Source of the DNA: Pseudovirgaria hyperparasitica
Lineage: Eukaryota
Reading direction: 5' to 3' (one strand)
Length of the DNA: 61,345 nucleotides
Assembly: GCA_010093815.1 (NCBI GenBank)
Contig: ML996574.1
Shown here: positions 1-12,892 of the stretch, piece by piece
How the letters are laid out: each line of letters starts with the position of its first letter
How positions within the stretch are numbered: position 1 is the first letter of the stretch
The notes under the pieces: generated by a model
Database searches by the model: none
The model's input: the letters and a program-made list of their open reading frames with translations, nothing else
Told to the model about the DNA's origin: nothing
Made by a program: the position numbers and the translations under genes

Positions 1-2
1 TT

Positions 3-3000
3 GTAGATCCAAGCGATCACGACCGCCTCGCGCCAGTTGGCAGTGTGGGTGAGATGCTTTTGGAAGGACCCTTCCTTGCTCGTGAATATCTAAACAACGA
101 GGAAAAGACCAGAGAAGCATTCATCGAGAATCCTCGCTGGATTGTTTCATTCAATACCGGACCAATTGAGCGACAACACCGACTTTACAAGACTGGTGAC
201 CTCGTACGGTTGAACGAAAATGGCACGCTTGTGTATATCGGACGGAAGGACAACCAGGTCAAGCTCAACGGTCAGCGATTGGAACTTGGTGAGATCGAGC
301 ACAAGATGGACACAAATTCGAAGATCCAACATTCTCTTGTGGTTCTTCCAAAGAAAGGCCCCTGTAAGAAACGTCTTGTGGGTGTCTTATCACTGGCTGC
401 CCTAGTGTCTGAAGGCATAACCTCAAATCTCTGTGCTCTCATCGAGGGCGAGGATAGACAGAAAGTGGCAAAGACTCATCTGAGTCAAATCCAGGAGACG
501 CTGATGGGACAACTACCGTCGTACATGGTTCCATCGGTCTGGGCTGTCGTGGAAAGTCTCCCGCTACTTCCTTCTGGTAAGCTCGATCGCAGAGTGGTAA
601 CCACTTGGGTCGAGACGATGGATGACACAACATATGACAAGATAAGCGGCATCGACGGAAGCTCCGACTCTGGATCTCCTGCCACCAAGCTCGGCAAACT
701 TCTGCAAGAAATCATTGCGAAGGTTCTCAATATCCCGGAGAAACGTGTTGTACAGAATCAGTCCTTCCTCAGTCTGGGAGGCGATTCAATCACGGCTATG
801 CAGGTATTAGCCCGATGCCGCAAGGAAAAGGTCACTTTGTCACTGAACGATATCCTCCGGAGCAAGTCCATTTCCCAAATGGCGCTGTGTGCTGGCACTG
901 GAGACCAAATCCTGGGCCAAAAGGAGGTGGTGGATCAGCTCTTCGATCTCTCGCCCATCCAGAAACTTTATATGGAATCCGCCAGCAGTACAGTTGGGGA
1001 GAGCAGGTTCAACCAAAGCTTTACGCTGCGCTTGACTCGGCCCGTCAATCTACAGGCAATACAGGACGCCATCGAGACAATCGTTGCGCAACATTCCATG
1101 CTCAGAGCACGATTCTGTAAAACTAAATCTGGATGGCAGCAGAAAATCACATCCGACATGAAGTCATCATATCGCTTCCAGGACCATGGCGATTCTTCAC
1201 CACAATCTATGGTTCAAGCAGTGGGTCGGAGCCAGTCAGGTTTAGACATTGAGAAAGGACCACTCTTTTCTGTGGACCACTTTCAGCAAGGCTCTGAATG
1301 CCAAGTAATTGTCCTTGTAGGCCACCATCTCGTTGTAGATATGGTGTCATGGAGAGTCATTCTTCAAGATCTCGAGGAGCTCCTAGACTCGGGATCCCTA
1401 TCTATGGACAAGCCGATGTCTTTCCAGGCATGGTGTTCGATGCAGACTGAGCATGCTCAGAAGAACAGTGCAAAGAGTAGTAAGAAGATTCTACCCTTCA
1501 AGGTAGTCCCAGCAGACATGCATTACTGGGACATGCAGGACAAAGCCAACACGTACGGGGATACCGACGATGATTCGTTCATAATCGACAAGGACACTAC
1601 TGACATTGCCCTTGGCGGAGCAAACAAAGCCTTGGGAACCGAGCCAATTGATCTTCTGCTCGCAGTCGTGGCTCACTCATTCAGCCGAGTCTTTAATGAC
1701 AGACCTACACCCACCCTATGGAATGAGGGCCATGGTCGAGAGTCGTGGGATGCAGCGATCGATCTCTCAAGGACTGTTGGATGGTTCACTACCATTGCAC
1801 CTGCACATGTACAAGTTGGGGAAGGTTCAAACAACATCATCGACACTATTAAGAGGATGAAGGATGCCCGACGCCAAATACCATCAAATGGACGACCCTA
1901 CTTTGCTCATCGTTATTTGACACCTGAGGGCCGATGGCAGTTTGGCGATCATATGCCGATGGAAATCGTCTTCAATTATCTCGGAAAGATGCAACAGCTC
2001 GAAGCCAGTGACTCTCTACTCCAACAGCACGAGTATCCGACTGGAAAGGACGATTCCCGTGTTGTCGCTGACGTGGGTTCCAAAGCGAACCGATTCGCAC
2101 TTTTCGAAATCTCTGCAGTTGTCAAACGGGACCAGCTTGAGTTCTCATTCATCTATAACCGTCATATGGGTCGTCAAGACAGCATCAAAGCCTGGATGAA
2201 GGAGTGCCAAAAGACTGTTCGGGAGGCTGTACACAAGCTCGCATCTTCTCGCATCGAGCCGACTTTGAGCGACTATCCAGTCTTGCCGATCACGTATGAC
2301 GAAATGCAACAAATGGTCGAGGAGACATTTCCAGACGCAGGCATCAAGAGTCCCGAGGAAGTTGAAGACGTCTATCCATGTGCGCCTATGCAAGAGGGTT
2401 TATTCCTAAGCCAACTTCGAGACCCGTCAAGCTACTTGTTCTCGGCCGTCTATGATGTGGACCCTGTAGACCCAAGCCACAAGATAGACGGAAAGAAGCT
2501 GCTTTCGTCGTGGCAGCCAGTGGTTGACCGACACCCAGCCCTCCGTTCTCTCTTCGTCGACAGTGTCTGCAAAGGCGGAGTCTTTGACCAGATAGTTCTC
2601 AAGAATGCTGACAGCTGCATCAAGTACATTGAGTGCGAAGATGATGAGGCACTTGACAAGCTGGCTGAGATCAAACTGACCGAGACCAACTATGCGAAGA
2701 AGCCTCGCCTGCCCCATCAAGCAACGGTGTGTGTCATGAAGTCGGGCAAGGTTCTATTCAAACTGGAGGTCAATCATGCCGTTATCGATGGGGGCTCTGC
2801 CGCTGTGATTATCGAGGATTTCATTGCCTCATACGAAGATCGACTACCCCCTGGAGAAGGACCGCTCTACAGCGAGTACATCAAATATATCCGTGGACAG
2901 CCACCTAGCTCTGATGTCAGCTTCTGGAAGAACTATCTCGAGGACCTGAAGCCATGCTACTTCCCAACCTTGAATACCGAATTCAGTGGGGAGAAGCAGC

Positions 3001-6000
3001 TGGGCTCGCTTGAGATAGACTTTTCAAGATACGACGAGCTGCAAGAACTTTGCTCGCGAACGAAAGTCACATTCTCAAACGTTCTGGAAGTTGCATGGGC
3101 TGTCGTACTACGCAAGTATACCAAGTCTGATGATGTGTGCTTCGGTTACCTTACCGCCGGGCGTGACGCTCCTGTAAAGGATATCGAGACGTCTGTTGGA
3201 GCATTCATCAACATGCTAGTTTGCCGCATTCGCTTTTCGAGATCTCAAACCCTGCACCAGGTCTTTGAGAAAGTTCAGAATGATTATCTCGAGTCCATTC
3301 CCTACCAACACTGCTCGCTTGCACAGATGCAGCACGAGCTTGGGCTGGAGGGCAAGGCACTTTTCAACACCGCAATGTCTATTCAGAACCATTCCAAGTC
3401 GTCTGATTTCACCCGTGGTTCTATCACTATGGAGCCTTGTGCCGCACACGACCCTAGCGAGGTAAGTTGGCATCATGATGCACAGTCTTTCAGCTGAAAC
3501 TAATGCCTCGATAGTACTCTGTAACAGTGAATGTGGAAACAATGAAGGGCGACGAAGGTGTGGTGTTCCGGTACTGGTCGAACACGATATCGCACAACCA
3601 GGCAAACGCGCTTGGAGATGAGATGATCAAGGTTCTTCACGCCATCATTGACAACTCCCAACAGACTCTCACGGAACTGGATGGCGTCAAAGAACCAGTC
3701 AACCAGCCAGCCCCGCCAACGGTGACAACTATGCCTATGCCTCAGTTCCCCATGAACTTCAATCTGGAGGATACACTGCGCAAGATTGTCACAGACACGG
3801 TGAAAGATGTAGTCGGCCAGTTATTGCAAAGCGGGGAATTGATGCGCAAGAGCCCAAGCGATCTTCAAAATGCAGTCCACAGTCAGGCGGCCAGAATGCT
3901 AGAAGGGGTCTCTGTCGATGGCACATTAGAAGACTCGGAAGACGAATGGGAACCGCAATCGGGTGCAAAGTTGGAACGACGAGGACGCAAGCTCGGAAGC
4001 ATCAAAGAAAACGTTGCCGGAATTGGGGATATTGCTATGCGTCCCGACAATCCAGCCAGCCGACGAGCGACCAGAAATGTTGTGAGGCACAAACTCCTCA
4101 CTCTGTGGGCAACCCTACTAGACATGGAGGAATTAGAAATCGGTAACGAAGACAGCTTTTTCGGACTGGGAGGAGACTCGATCATCGCAATGAAAATGGT
4201 GGGGCTTGCCAGAGAAGCAGGACTGGCGATGACAGTGGCAGACATCTTCCGGTTTCCCACATTCGGTGAGATGGCTTCAGTCGTCAAGATCGCGGCCAAG
4301 GGACGGGTAAGGAGAGGCAGCACTGCGATTGATCCGGAACAGGCCAAACGAGAGGCAGCCATACAAGTTCCATACTCACATTTCGGATTGCTCAAAGCAG
4401 ACGATGTCGACGCGTTCTTACAGCTCGTTGTCACGAAGGAGGTTGGTGTCTTCCGGGGTGGTATCCTGGACGTCTTTCCCGTCACCGATTTCCAGGCTCT
4501 GGCCGTCACGGGCGCTCTACTAAAGTCCAAATGGATGCTCAACTACTTTTTCCTCGATGGCACCGGACCTCTTGATGTTGCCAAGCTCAAGCAAAGCGCC
4601 CATAGGCTGGTGCAGAACTTTGACATCCTCCGGACCGTTTTCATCGCCCATCAAGACCAGTTCCTACAGGTAGTGCTCCGCAAATCTCAGCCGGAGTTCG
4701 TGGTTGAGGATACAGACATGGACCTCGATGAGTTCACGGAGCATCTTCACAACACTGACCTGAGGACGGGATCCCGGAAGGGCAAGTCGTACGTCAAGTT
4801 CCTCGTAGCCAGACAGATGGGCACGGATCGCCACAGAATCTTCATCAGACTCTCGCACGCACAGTATGACGGTGTGTGCTTCTCGACAATACTACAAGCT
4901 CTTCGCGCAGGCTATGATGATGGAGATCTCCCTTACACAATACCGTTCTCTAACTACGTCTGGTCATCGGCGGGTGATGTTACCAAGGGACACTACGACT
5001 ACTGGCGAGACCTGCTATCCGGATCGAGGATGACCGACATTGTCCATCGCGATGGACCGAACTACGTCCCGGCATCTGGTGGATGCACTATAGTTAAAGA
5101 AAAGATCAAGGTACCAAATGTTACGGGACATAACATTACGATGGCGACTATTGTCAAAGCAGCATGGTCTCTTGCCCTTGGAATCTTCTCGGCGAAATCC
5201 GACGTCGTGTTCGGACATGTCATTAGCGGACGGAACAGCTCGTTGCCCGGTATCGAGCACATTATGGGGCCTTGTTTGAACATGGTACCTGTACGTGTGC
5301 AGTTCATGCCAGGCTGGACTGCCATTGACCTGCTTCGCTCCATCCAGGAGCAGCAAATCGCCAACATGCCATACGAAAGCCTCGGCTTCCGCGAAATCAC
5401 CAAGCACTGCACCGACTGGCCGGACTGGACCTACTTCAGCACCATCGTCCAGCACCAAAACATCGACACCAGCCAGCAATTCGAGCTCGGCGGCAACCAG
5501 TACAACGTCGGCGCCAAAACCGCCGACCAAGACTTTGCCGACCTCTCCCTGCTCTCCACCCCACTCCCGGACTCCCACCTCGAGCTGCAGCTGTCCGTGT
5601 CGGCGGCCGTGTCGGAAATCTCCCCGTCCTTTGCCGCAAACATCATGCGCCTCCTCGCTGACACCGTCCTCAGCCTCGCCAAGAACCCGCACAAACCCCT
5701 CCCCGACCCGGCCCATCTCATCGGCCTGATGCCCCAAACCCTCGACGACTCAGACGCCTCGGCCGCCCGCCGCGCGACCCGGCCGGCCCCGTCCACGAGC
5801 GCCGACTTCCAGAGCATGTCCAAGGACGACTTCCGCAACCTGCACGACACGCTCAGCCGCGCGTGGCGCGAGGTCCTGCGCGACAGCAACGGCAACCCGC
5901 CTGCGCTCCGCTTCGACAGCTCGTTTTACGATCTCGGCGGCGACATTATGAGCACGGCGCAGCTGGCCAGCTTGCTCGAGCAGGCCGGCTTCAAGGTGCG

Positions 6001-6205
6001 GGTTGATGATCTGCTCGAGTATCCCGTCATGCTGGAGCAGCTTGCCCTGCTGGCTGTCAGTGAGCGGCAGCGCAAGAAGATGGAGGAGGCGCGCAAGACG
6101 GCTGGCGTCAAGGTGCTGGTTGATGAGCGCAAGGGCAGCAGTGAGGAGGAGAAGCGCGGGAACCGGCGCAAGACGTTTTGGTCGAAGCTGGTCAAGGGGA
6201 AATGA
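3..6205 (+). CDS. Nonribosomal peptide synthetase, NPS4/Pes1-like, 5'-partial (A C-term - T - E - C - T - C - T); intron 3462-3514
   Basis: A-domain motifs YKTGDL, GRKDNQVKLNGQRLELGEIE, LPSGKLDR; T domains LGGDSI (twice); E domain HHLVVDMVSW, EGHGRE, RTVGWFT; C domain NHAVIDG; terminal C SHAQYDG; last T LGGDIM. GTAAGT...CTAAT...ATAG joins ORFs 45..3497 and 3527..6205 in frame (DPSE/YSVTVNVET). The E-C-T-C-T ending matches the fungal NPS4/Pes1 family. Confidence 0.93.
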
Positions 6206-7073
6206 GTGACTGGGCTTTGAAGATGGGTGGTGACACGTCCACGCGATCTTGATGAAATTGTTGTTTTTATGTTGTTTTTTGTTCTGCGAGGATTATTGGT
6301 TTGATGAGAATGATGATGAAAATATGGGATTGATGGAGTTTTTTGTTTGGGAAAGTCCTACATGCATGCCTGCGAATTGTTTTTTGTTTTGTTGTTTTCA
6401 TTTATGATGAATTCTCGCGCGCATGGGGGAAAATGGGGAACAATAATTGCATACATGGTATTATTGGTTGGCGTTTGTTGAGAATTTGAAATAATAGCGC
6501 GCTGGACGACGCATTTGCTTTTGTATTTGTTGGCTTTTCCCGCGATAATAATCAATGCAGTCTCGTTTATTCAACCATCTTCAATTCATTCATACTTGCA
6601 CATCTAAATATCGTGACTTGTGACATGACTTTTACTTGGGGTTTTGTTGGGTATATATATCGATCAACATGAGATGAAATCCGCACCCCAAAAAAAGCCA
6701 CCAAACTTGAGACGAGACAACCTACCTTGCTTGCACCGTCGTCCTTGAGTCAGTGGTAGAAAGGCTCTCTCTTTGGCTCTTACAAAGGTTGATCTTGCCT
6801 TAGGCATCAGGTTGACGTAGTGCTACGAGGCGTTCATATGGGGATATGGTGGGGCATTCATGTACTGTGGCTGTGCTGTCGTTGGCGCACCGACCTCCAA
6901 TGGGACTAATTAGTACCTCTTCTGCAAGCAGTTAGCGTTGCGGGGGGTCCCCGGACAGACCTCAGCTCGACTATTGCAACCAACTACACTACAGGGCAAC
7001 TGCAACTGCACGCTCACTACATCAACACCAACACGCTCACAAGCTACGACATGAGATATCGCGCCATTGCACA

Positions 7074-8918
7074 ATGGTAGGCGTACCGGGGCGATCGAGG
7101 GGCTGCAGGACATGCCGACGGCGCAAACTCAAGTGCGGTAGGTATTACATGCCATTCCTTCACTCTCTCCCTATCCTTCTCTCATCCTCATCTCTCTCCC
7201 TCCGGTCCATAGCCCCCCTGAATGTGATGTGACGCAGACAGCCATGGTCTAGAGTTCTGACGGATATAAACCACCCCACAGACGAGGCCAAGCCGACGTG
7301 TGAACGGTGTCCCAAGGCTGGCTTGCAGTGTGATGGCTACGACGAGGTGGCGTGGTCGGTGACGAGCGTGAGTAAGAGTGGTCGATTGACGCGTCTGGAC
7401 GTGCCGGGTCGCGCCAGTTGTACACGAGATGCTACGTCGCGGGCTGGGGAGGAGGTTGGTGGTGGTGGTGGTGGTGGTGCAAGAAGGCAGTCTGGTGTTT
7501 GGATGCCGTTGATGCAGCTGTCGTGCCTTGGCACTGAGGCGTCTCGCGAGGTAGGAAGTGGTGTATGGTCGAGGATGTGTTGGTGGTACTGGTGCTGATG
7601 TATATATTGAGCCGGCAGCACGATCTAGTCCGCTTCGCAGCGCAGCGAATATTTCCGTGGCCTCTGCTGTCGACGACGCCGAGGAGTCGGTCCTGGATAT
7701 TCGACCTTCTGGAAATGGCGCCGGTGCAGGCGGTCCTGCCGGCCGTGTGTTGTCTGTCGGCCACGTTCATCTCCCGTGAGGAGCAGCAGCGTACTGTCTA
7801 TCCCCCCTGGACTCGACGTCCTTTGATGTGCTGCTTGGCTGACACTCAAGACAGGCTCGTGCAAAGCGCCGTCGGACTTGACCTTGTCGGCCATGCACTA
7901 CTACCGCACAGCACTACACGGCCTGTCGTCTGTTCTCCAAGACCAGCACCACTGGCAGGAGCCGGGCACGCTCGGTATCGTCTTCATGCTTTCAATCTAT
8001 GAGCTGATCAACGTGCGTGGGGGAAGTGGCTGGATGCGACACGCGGGCGGCATCAGCACGCTGGTCCGCACTATTGGACCCAAGACATTCGAGCAGGAGC
8101 CCGGCCGCAGTTACCTCAATCTGCTACGGCAGTCCATCGTTGCGCGCGCAGCTGAAAGACGCGAAAGGTGCTTTCTGGAAGGGCCAGAGTGGCGCTCGAC
8201 GAGCGTGTTCAGTGATCAGGATCCGGATCATCTGTATTACGCGCTCATGGATGCATTCGCAAAGATTCCCGGCATTCTGGAAGACGCAGATGCACTCGCG
8301 CGGATAGAGGATGAGAAGTCGGCGTGTGAGCACGGAGAGCAGCTTAGACAGAGCATTGTCAGGGCGCTTGCTGCCTTGTTCAGGTGGCGATTGGGGTTCG
8401 ATCATGTGCTCTCGCGTATGGCACGTGCCGTTCCAGTGGATCCGTCAAAGAGCATGACGCTGGATGCTCACGGCCGCCCGCTATACCCATCGATCCTGAT
8501 GTTTGAAAACGTGCTGAATGGACGTGCAGTGGTAATGTACGACGTGCTTGTGCTGCTCTTGATGCAGCTCGGGGAATCATGGGGGCAGTATGATGTTGCT
8601 GCCAAAGCTTGTGATTCTCTCGGGATTGGAGATCAGTTTGATATAGGTTTGGAGTCTGAACCGGCAGTGCTCCGTCTTCCAAGTCAAGACATCAGCCCGG
8701 CAGAGGTGATGACGGAGACGTGCCGCAGCATAGAGTTCCATCTCAGGGGGGGTAGCATTTATAGCGGAGCACTCATGATCCTGTACCCGTTCCGGATCCT
8801 GATCAAGCTCAGCATAGACAGCGAGACAAGAGCGTGGCTGCGACGCATCAGCCACATGCTGAGTGAGCAGCACGGGCTGAAGTGCTTTGCCGAGATATGG
8901 GACGAGTGGGATGGATGA
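7074..8918 (+). CDS. Zn(II)2Cys6 fungal transcription factor; introns 7138-7281, 7551-7618, 7791-7854
   Basis: Spliced N-terminus MVGVPGRSRGCRTCRRRKLKC/DEAKPTCERCPKAGLQCDGY contains all six Cys. All three GT-AG introns join in phase into ORF 7878..8918, a fungal TF middle/C-terminal region (GWMRHAGGIS, RCFLEGPEW). Confidence 0.88.
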
Positions 8919-10175
8919 GGGTAGAAGAATGGATGGACAAGACGACAACGGATTCGGGGCCGAGAGTGTCACTGTTTGATTAAAAAGTGCAAGTGGACAG
9001 GCGTTTGCAGCAAGGGACGAGTGGAATGATGTTTGTTCGTTCTCAGGAGCATCCAGGACGTCTCACTACAGCTCTGGATGCGGCGCAATTGAAGCAAGGG
9101 AGAAACGAGGCAGAGCTCTTTCGTGCTGGATGGCAAAGTGACGACATGGGACAAGGTTTTTATGAGAGAGACAAAGTAGGGCGAGAGAGAGAGAGAAAGA
9201 AAGAGGGCAAGAGGTGAGGGTCGGCGACTTGGCAGGATGTGTTTGGGAGGAAAGAGTGGAGTGTAGTGTAGTGTACAACATGGGCGTGTTGCAAACCTCG
9301 CACACAGACGCAGTTTTGAGCAAGTGTGTGTGGTACGGGGAAACAAAGGCACAGACGGAGCGTTGAAAGGTAGTCGATATGGCCTGATGTTGTGTGAACT
9401 GGGTGTGTGTGTGTGTGACAAGCCAAGCTGAAGCTCAGAAGTAAACAGACATGAGATGCAAGTGATTAGCGTCGAGGGAGAAGGATGAACAAGGATGAAG
9501 AGCGAGAGGCATGATTTGCGGCAGGGGCGGCAGTAGAATGTGTGGAGAGATGGAATGAAGGTCAAAAGGGATTGATTGCATAATGGTAAAGGATATGCGA
9601 GATGTCATGGAGTGAGGATTGATTGAGTATTGGGTATTGATGAGTAGTGAAGCAGCAGGGCAGGACTCGGGCTGGCCACTGCTTCTTACCGACCTTCCGC
9701 ATGCGAACAAGGAGTCGTCGGAGTGGCCGGCAGCGATGGATATGATCAGCAAGTGCCGGCAGATGGTTGGTGGTGACAGGCATGAGATGTTGTTTGACAC
9801 ATTCCAACAAACACGACTGCAGTAGTAATGTAGTGATGATTGATGGTGTCTGTTCAGTGTGTGATTGGTGGGTGGGTGGAGATGAGTGAAGGGAGAGAGA
9901 GTGGCAAAGGGACCAGTCATACACGCCAGACGCATTCAGTCAACAAGTCGGCGCCACCACCGCCTGCATCCATCCATCCATCCAGCAAAGCAAAGAGGGA
10001 CACTGCCCGCCCGCTGCCCACTGCCCGCTGCCCTGCCCCGCCAAACTGCCCGCTATTCCTGGCTGTCTTGGCTGCCCTCTGCCCTGTGCCCGCTGCCCTG
10101 CCCCCCAATCAGCTATCTCTCCCCACTAAATTAGCTGCCCACTGACATTCCACCATTCCCTACTGACTGCCCTGG

Positions 10176-10196
10176 CTACTACTACTACTTACTACT

Positions 10197-10242
<46 letters not shown>
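10176..10242. repeat. (CTA)n microsatellite, slightly imperfect
   Basis: Directly visible CTA/TAC run within low-complexity DNA upstream of the permease. Confidence 0.95.
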
Positions 10243-10921
10243 GACTGCCCACTGACTGCCCGCTGTCCCCTACCCAGCCTGTCGCCCGTCCTGTCGCCCG
10301 TCCTGTCGCCCGTCTGCCAGCCCCACGCCCGCTAAAACGCTAAACCATTGGCGGCTACAGTCCGCTGCTAACCCCCCTCGACTGTTAGTTAGGGTGTTAG
10401 GCCCTGCATCCCGGCTACCTGGAACGTGCGAGATAGACACACTGACAATACAATTACCAAGTAGTAGTAATAGTAATACTACACTTATCGCCATGAGAGG
10501 TACGAGGTACAGCTCAGGTACTGCGACGACACTACTACCACAATAACGCCCTGCCTCCGCCTCGTCGCCCGTTATAACCATTCCATCATCCTGTCTGTGT
10601 CTCTCTACCTGCTTACCTCTCTTCTTCCTCTTCTCTCCATCTGCACCCCGTCCATCCGCCTAGCCTATCGTGTCTGTATCCCGAGCTCCGCCCTATCATC
10701 GCCCCCTCGGCCGACCCCGTCTACATCTCCCGCACTCCACCGACTTTGATAGCCATCTCTGCCACTCATCATTCTCTTGCTCTCTCACTCTCATTCTCAC
10801 TCCCTCTATCCTACTCTCTCACTCACCCTTCGCTGCAAAAAATTACATCGCCCCTCTGACTGCGCACGTCAACCACCTCCTCGCGACTGCGCGCTCGCGA
10901 GCTCCAGTCTTCCCGCTCGAC

Positions 10922-12817
10922 ATGGACGAGAAGATGACCCGGTCCCACAGCTACTCCACCTCCACCTCGAGAGGTGCCTCACCCTACTATGGAGAGTCTT
11001 CCAGCCACAAGGACTCCTTTCCCCAGCGCCTCATCGACAGCTTCAAGCGCGATCCTACCTCGTATGCCATATCAAAGGGCACCATAACTGCTGATGGCAA
11101 GCTATTCGATGTCGAGTCTGCCGCCCAAAACACGGCCGAATCACCCTTGGCGAGACGCTTAAAGGGAAGACACCTGCAGATGATAGCCATAGGAGGCTCT
11201 ATCGGTATTAATGCCTCTCCACCATGCTGTCAATCTTGTTCTCTTGTTCAATTGCTGACTCATCTACCTACGTCTAGGTACCGGTCTGTTCGTCGGAACC
11301 GGCAGTGCGCTAGCGGCTGGAGGTCCCGCCTCGCTCATCATTGCATATGGCATCATTGGCATCATGATGTACTGCACCGTGCAGGCCCTGGGCGAGATGG
11401 CCGTCCTCTTTCCCGTCGCCGGCTCCTTCTCTGCATACTCGACTCGTTTCCTCGATCCGGCTTGGGGCTTTGCCATGGGTTGGAAGTGAGTTTGTTCCCG
11501 TCTTGCCCCGTGTGTGGCCATTTACTCATTCTGCTAATTAGCTATGCTTTTCAATGGCTCGTCGTACTGCCTCTCGAAATAGTCGCCGCCTCCCTCACCA
11601 TCGAATTCTGGAACCACGGCAGGATCAACAGCAACGCCTGGGTCGCCATCTTTCTCTTCCTCGTCGTCGTCATCAATCTGTTTGGCGTCAAGGGCTATGG
11701 AGAGGCCGAGTTTGTCTTCTCCATCGTCAAGGTCACCGCCATTATTGGCTTCATCATCCTTGGCATCATCCTCAACATCGGAGGCGGTCCGGACGGCACC
11801 TACATCGGCAACAGGTACTGGCGTGACCCGGGCGGCCTGCACAACGGCTTCAAGGGCGTGTGTAGCGTCTTTGTCACTGCCGCTTTCGCCTTTGCCGGTA
11901 CCGAACTTGTCGGTCTCGCTGCTGCCGAGACGGCCAACCCACGCAAGAGTCTCCCGACTGCTGTCAAACAGGTCTTTTGGCGCATCACCCTCTTCTACAT
12001 CGTCTCCTTGGTGTTGGTTGGACTGCTCGTGCCATATAATGACCCCCGTCTCCTGCACGGGAAAAGCTCGGCCGATGCATCTGCCTCGCCTTTTGTGATT
12101 GCCATCCAAAATGCCGGTATCGAAGGTCTCCCGTCCGTCATGAACGTCGTCATCATGATAGCCGTGCTGTCTGTCGGCAACTCGGCCGTGTTTGGTTCGT
12201 CACGAACACTGGCAGCACTTGCTGAGCAGGGACAGGCACCACGCTTCCTGGCATACATTGACCGCAAAGGCAGACCCATTGTCTCCATCGGTATTGCCGT
12301 TGCCTTGGGTCTCCTGGCCTTCCTCGCCGGCACGAACAAGCAAGAAAACGCGTTTGACTGGATGATTGCCATCTCCGGTCTGTCTTCCATCTTCACCTGG
12401 GGCAGTATATGCCTGGCGCACATCCGCTTCCGCAAGGGATGGCAAGTCCAAGGCCACTCCCTGGACGAGCTCGCATTCCACTCTCAGCCGGGCACGCTCG
12501 GCTCCTGGCTCGGCTTCATCATCAACGTCCTGATCCTCATAGCCCAATTCTGGGTAGGCATCGCCCCGGTCGGCTACGAATCCATGAGCAGCAGCGACCT
12601 TGCCCGGGAGTTCTTCCAGCTCTATCTGGCCGTGCCCATTGTCCTCCTCTTCTACATTCCCTACAAGCTCATCTACCGCACGCCGTTTGTGCGCAGCCAC
12701 AGCATGGACCTGCACACCGGCATCCGCGAGCTGAACCTCGCCGAGCTGATTCAGGAGGAGCGCCGAGAAATGGCCGCCTGGCCGCGCTGGAAGAAGGTCT
12801 ACAAGTTCTTCTGCTGA
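10922..12817 (+). CDS. GAP1: General amino acid permease, GAP1-like (YAT/APC family); introns 11205-11277, 11486-11541
   Basis: LARRLKGRHLQMIAIGGSI/GTGLFVG, GYGEAEF, AAFAFAGTELVGLAAAE, ASPFVIAI and C-terminal KFFC; both introns restore the frame. Exact paralogue is uncertain. Confidence 0.9.
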   Translation: MDEKMTRSHSYSTSTSRGASPYYGESSSHKDSFPQRLIDSFKRDPTSYAISKGTITADGKLFDVESAAQNTAESPLARRLKGRHLQMIAIGGSIGINASPPCCQSCSLVQLLTHLPTSRYRSVRRNRQCASGWRSRLAHHCIWHHWHHDVLHRAGPGRDGRPLSRRRLLLCILDSFPRSGLGLCHGLEVSLFPSCPVCGHLLILLISYAFQWLVVLPLEIVAASLTIEFWNHGRINSNAWVAIFLFLVVVINLFGVKGYGEAEFVFSIVKVTAIIGFIILGIILNIGGGPDGTYIGNRYWRDPGGLHNGFKGVCSVFVTAAFAFAGTELVGLAAAETANPRKSLPTAVKQVFWRITLFYIVSLVLVGLLVPYNDPRLLHGKSSADASASPFVIAIQNAGIEGLPSVMNVVIMIAVLSVGNSAVFGSSRTLAALAEQGQAPRFLAYIDRKGRPIVSIGIAVALGLLAFLAGTNKQENAFDWMIAISGLSSIFTWGSICLAHIRFRKGWQVQGHSLDELAFHSQPGTLGSWLGFIINVLILIAQFWVGIAPVGYESMSSSDLAREFFQLYLAVPIVLLFYIPYKLIYRTPFVRSHSMDLHTGIRELNLAELIQEERREMAAWPRWKKVYKFFC

Positions 12818-12892
12818 GCGACCTGCTGCTGTGCGACCTGCTGCTGTGCCATCTGCTGCTGTGCGACCTGCTGCTGTGCGACCTGCTGCTGT
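12818..12892 (+). repeat. 15-bp tandem repeat (GCGACCTGCTGCTGT) x5 immediately after the permease stop codon
   Basis: Five copies, the third being the variant GCCATCTGCTGCTGT. Confidence 0.95.

Noticed and set aside
8969..10900. ORFs between the TF and the permease, including the 84-aa N-terminal extension of ORF 10670
   Set aside because: Low-complexity, microsatellite-rich UTR/promoter DNA; the permease most plausibly starts at ATG 10922.
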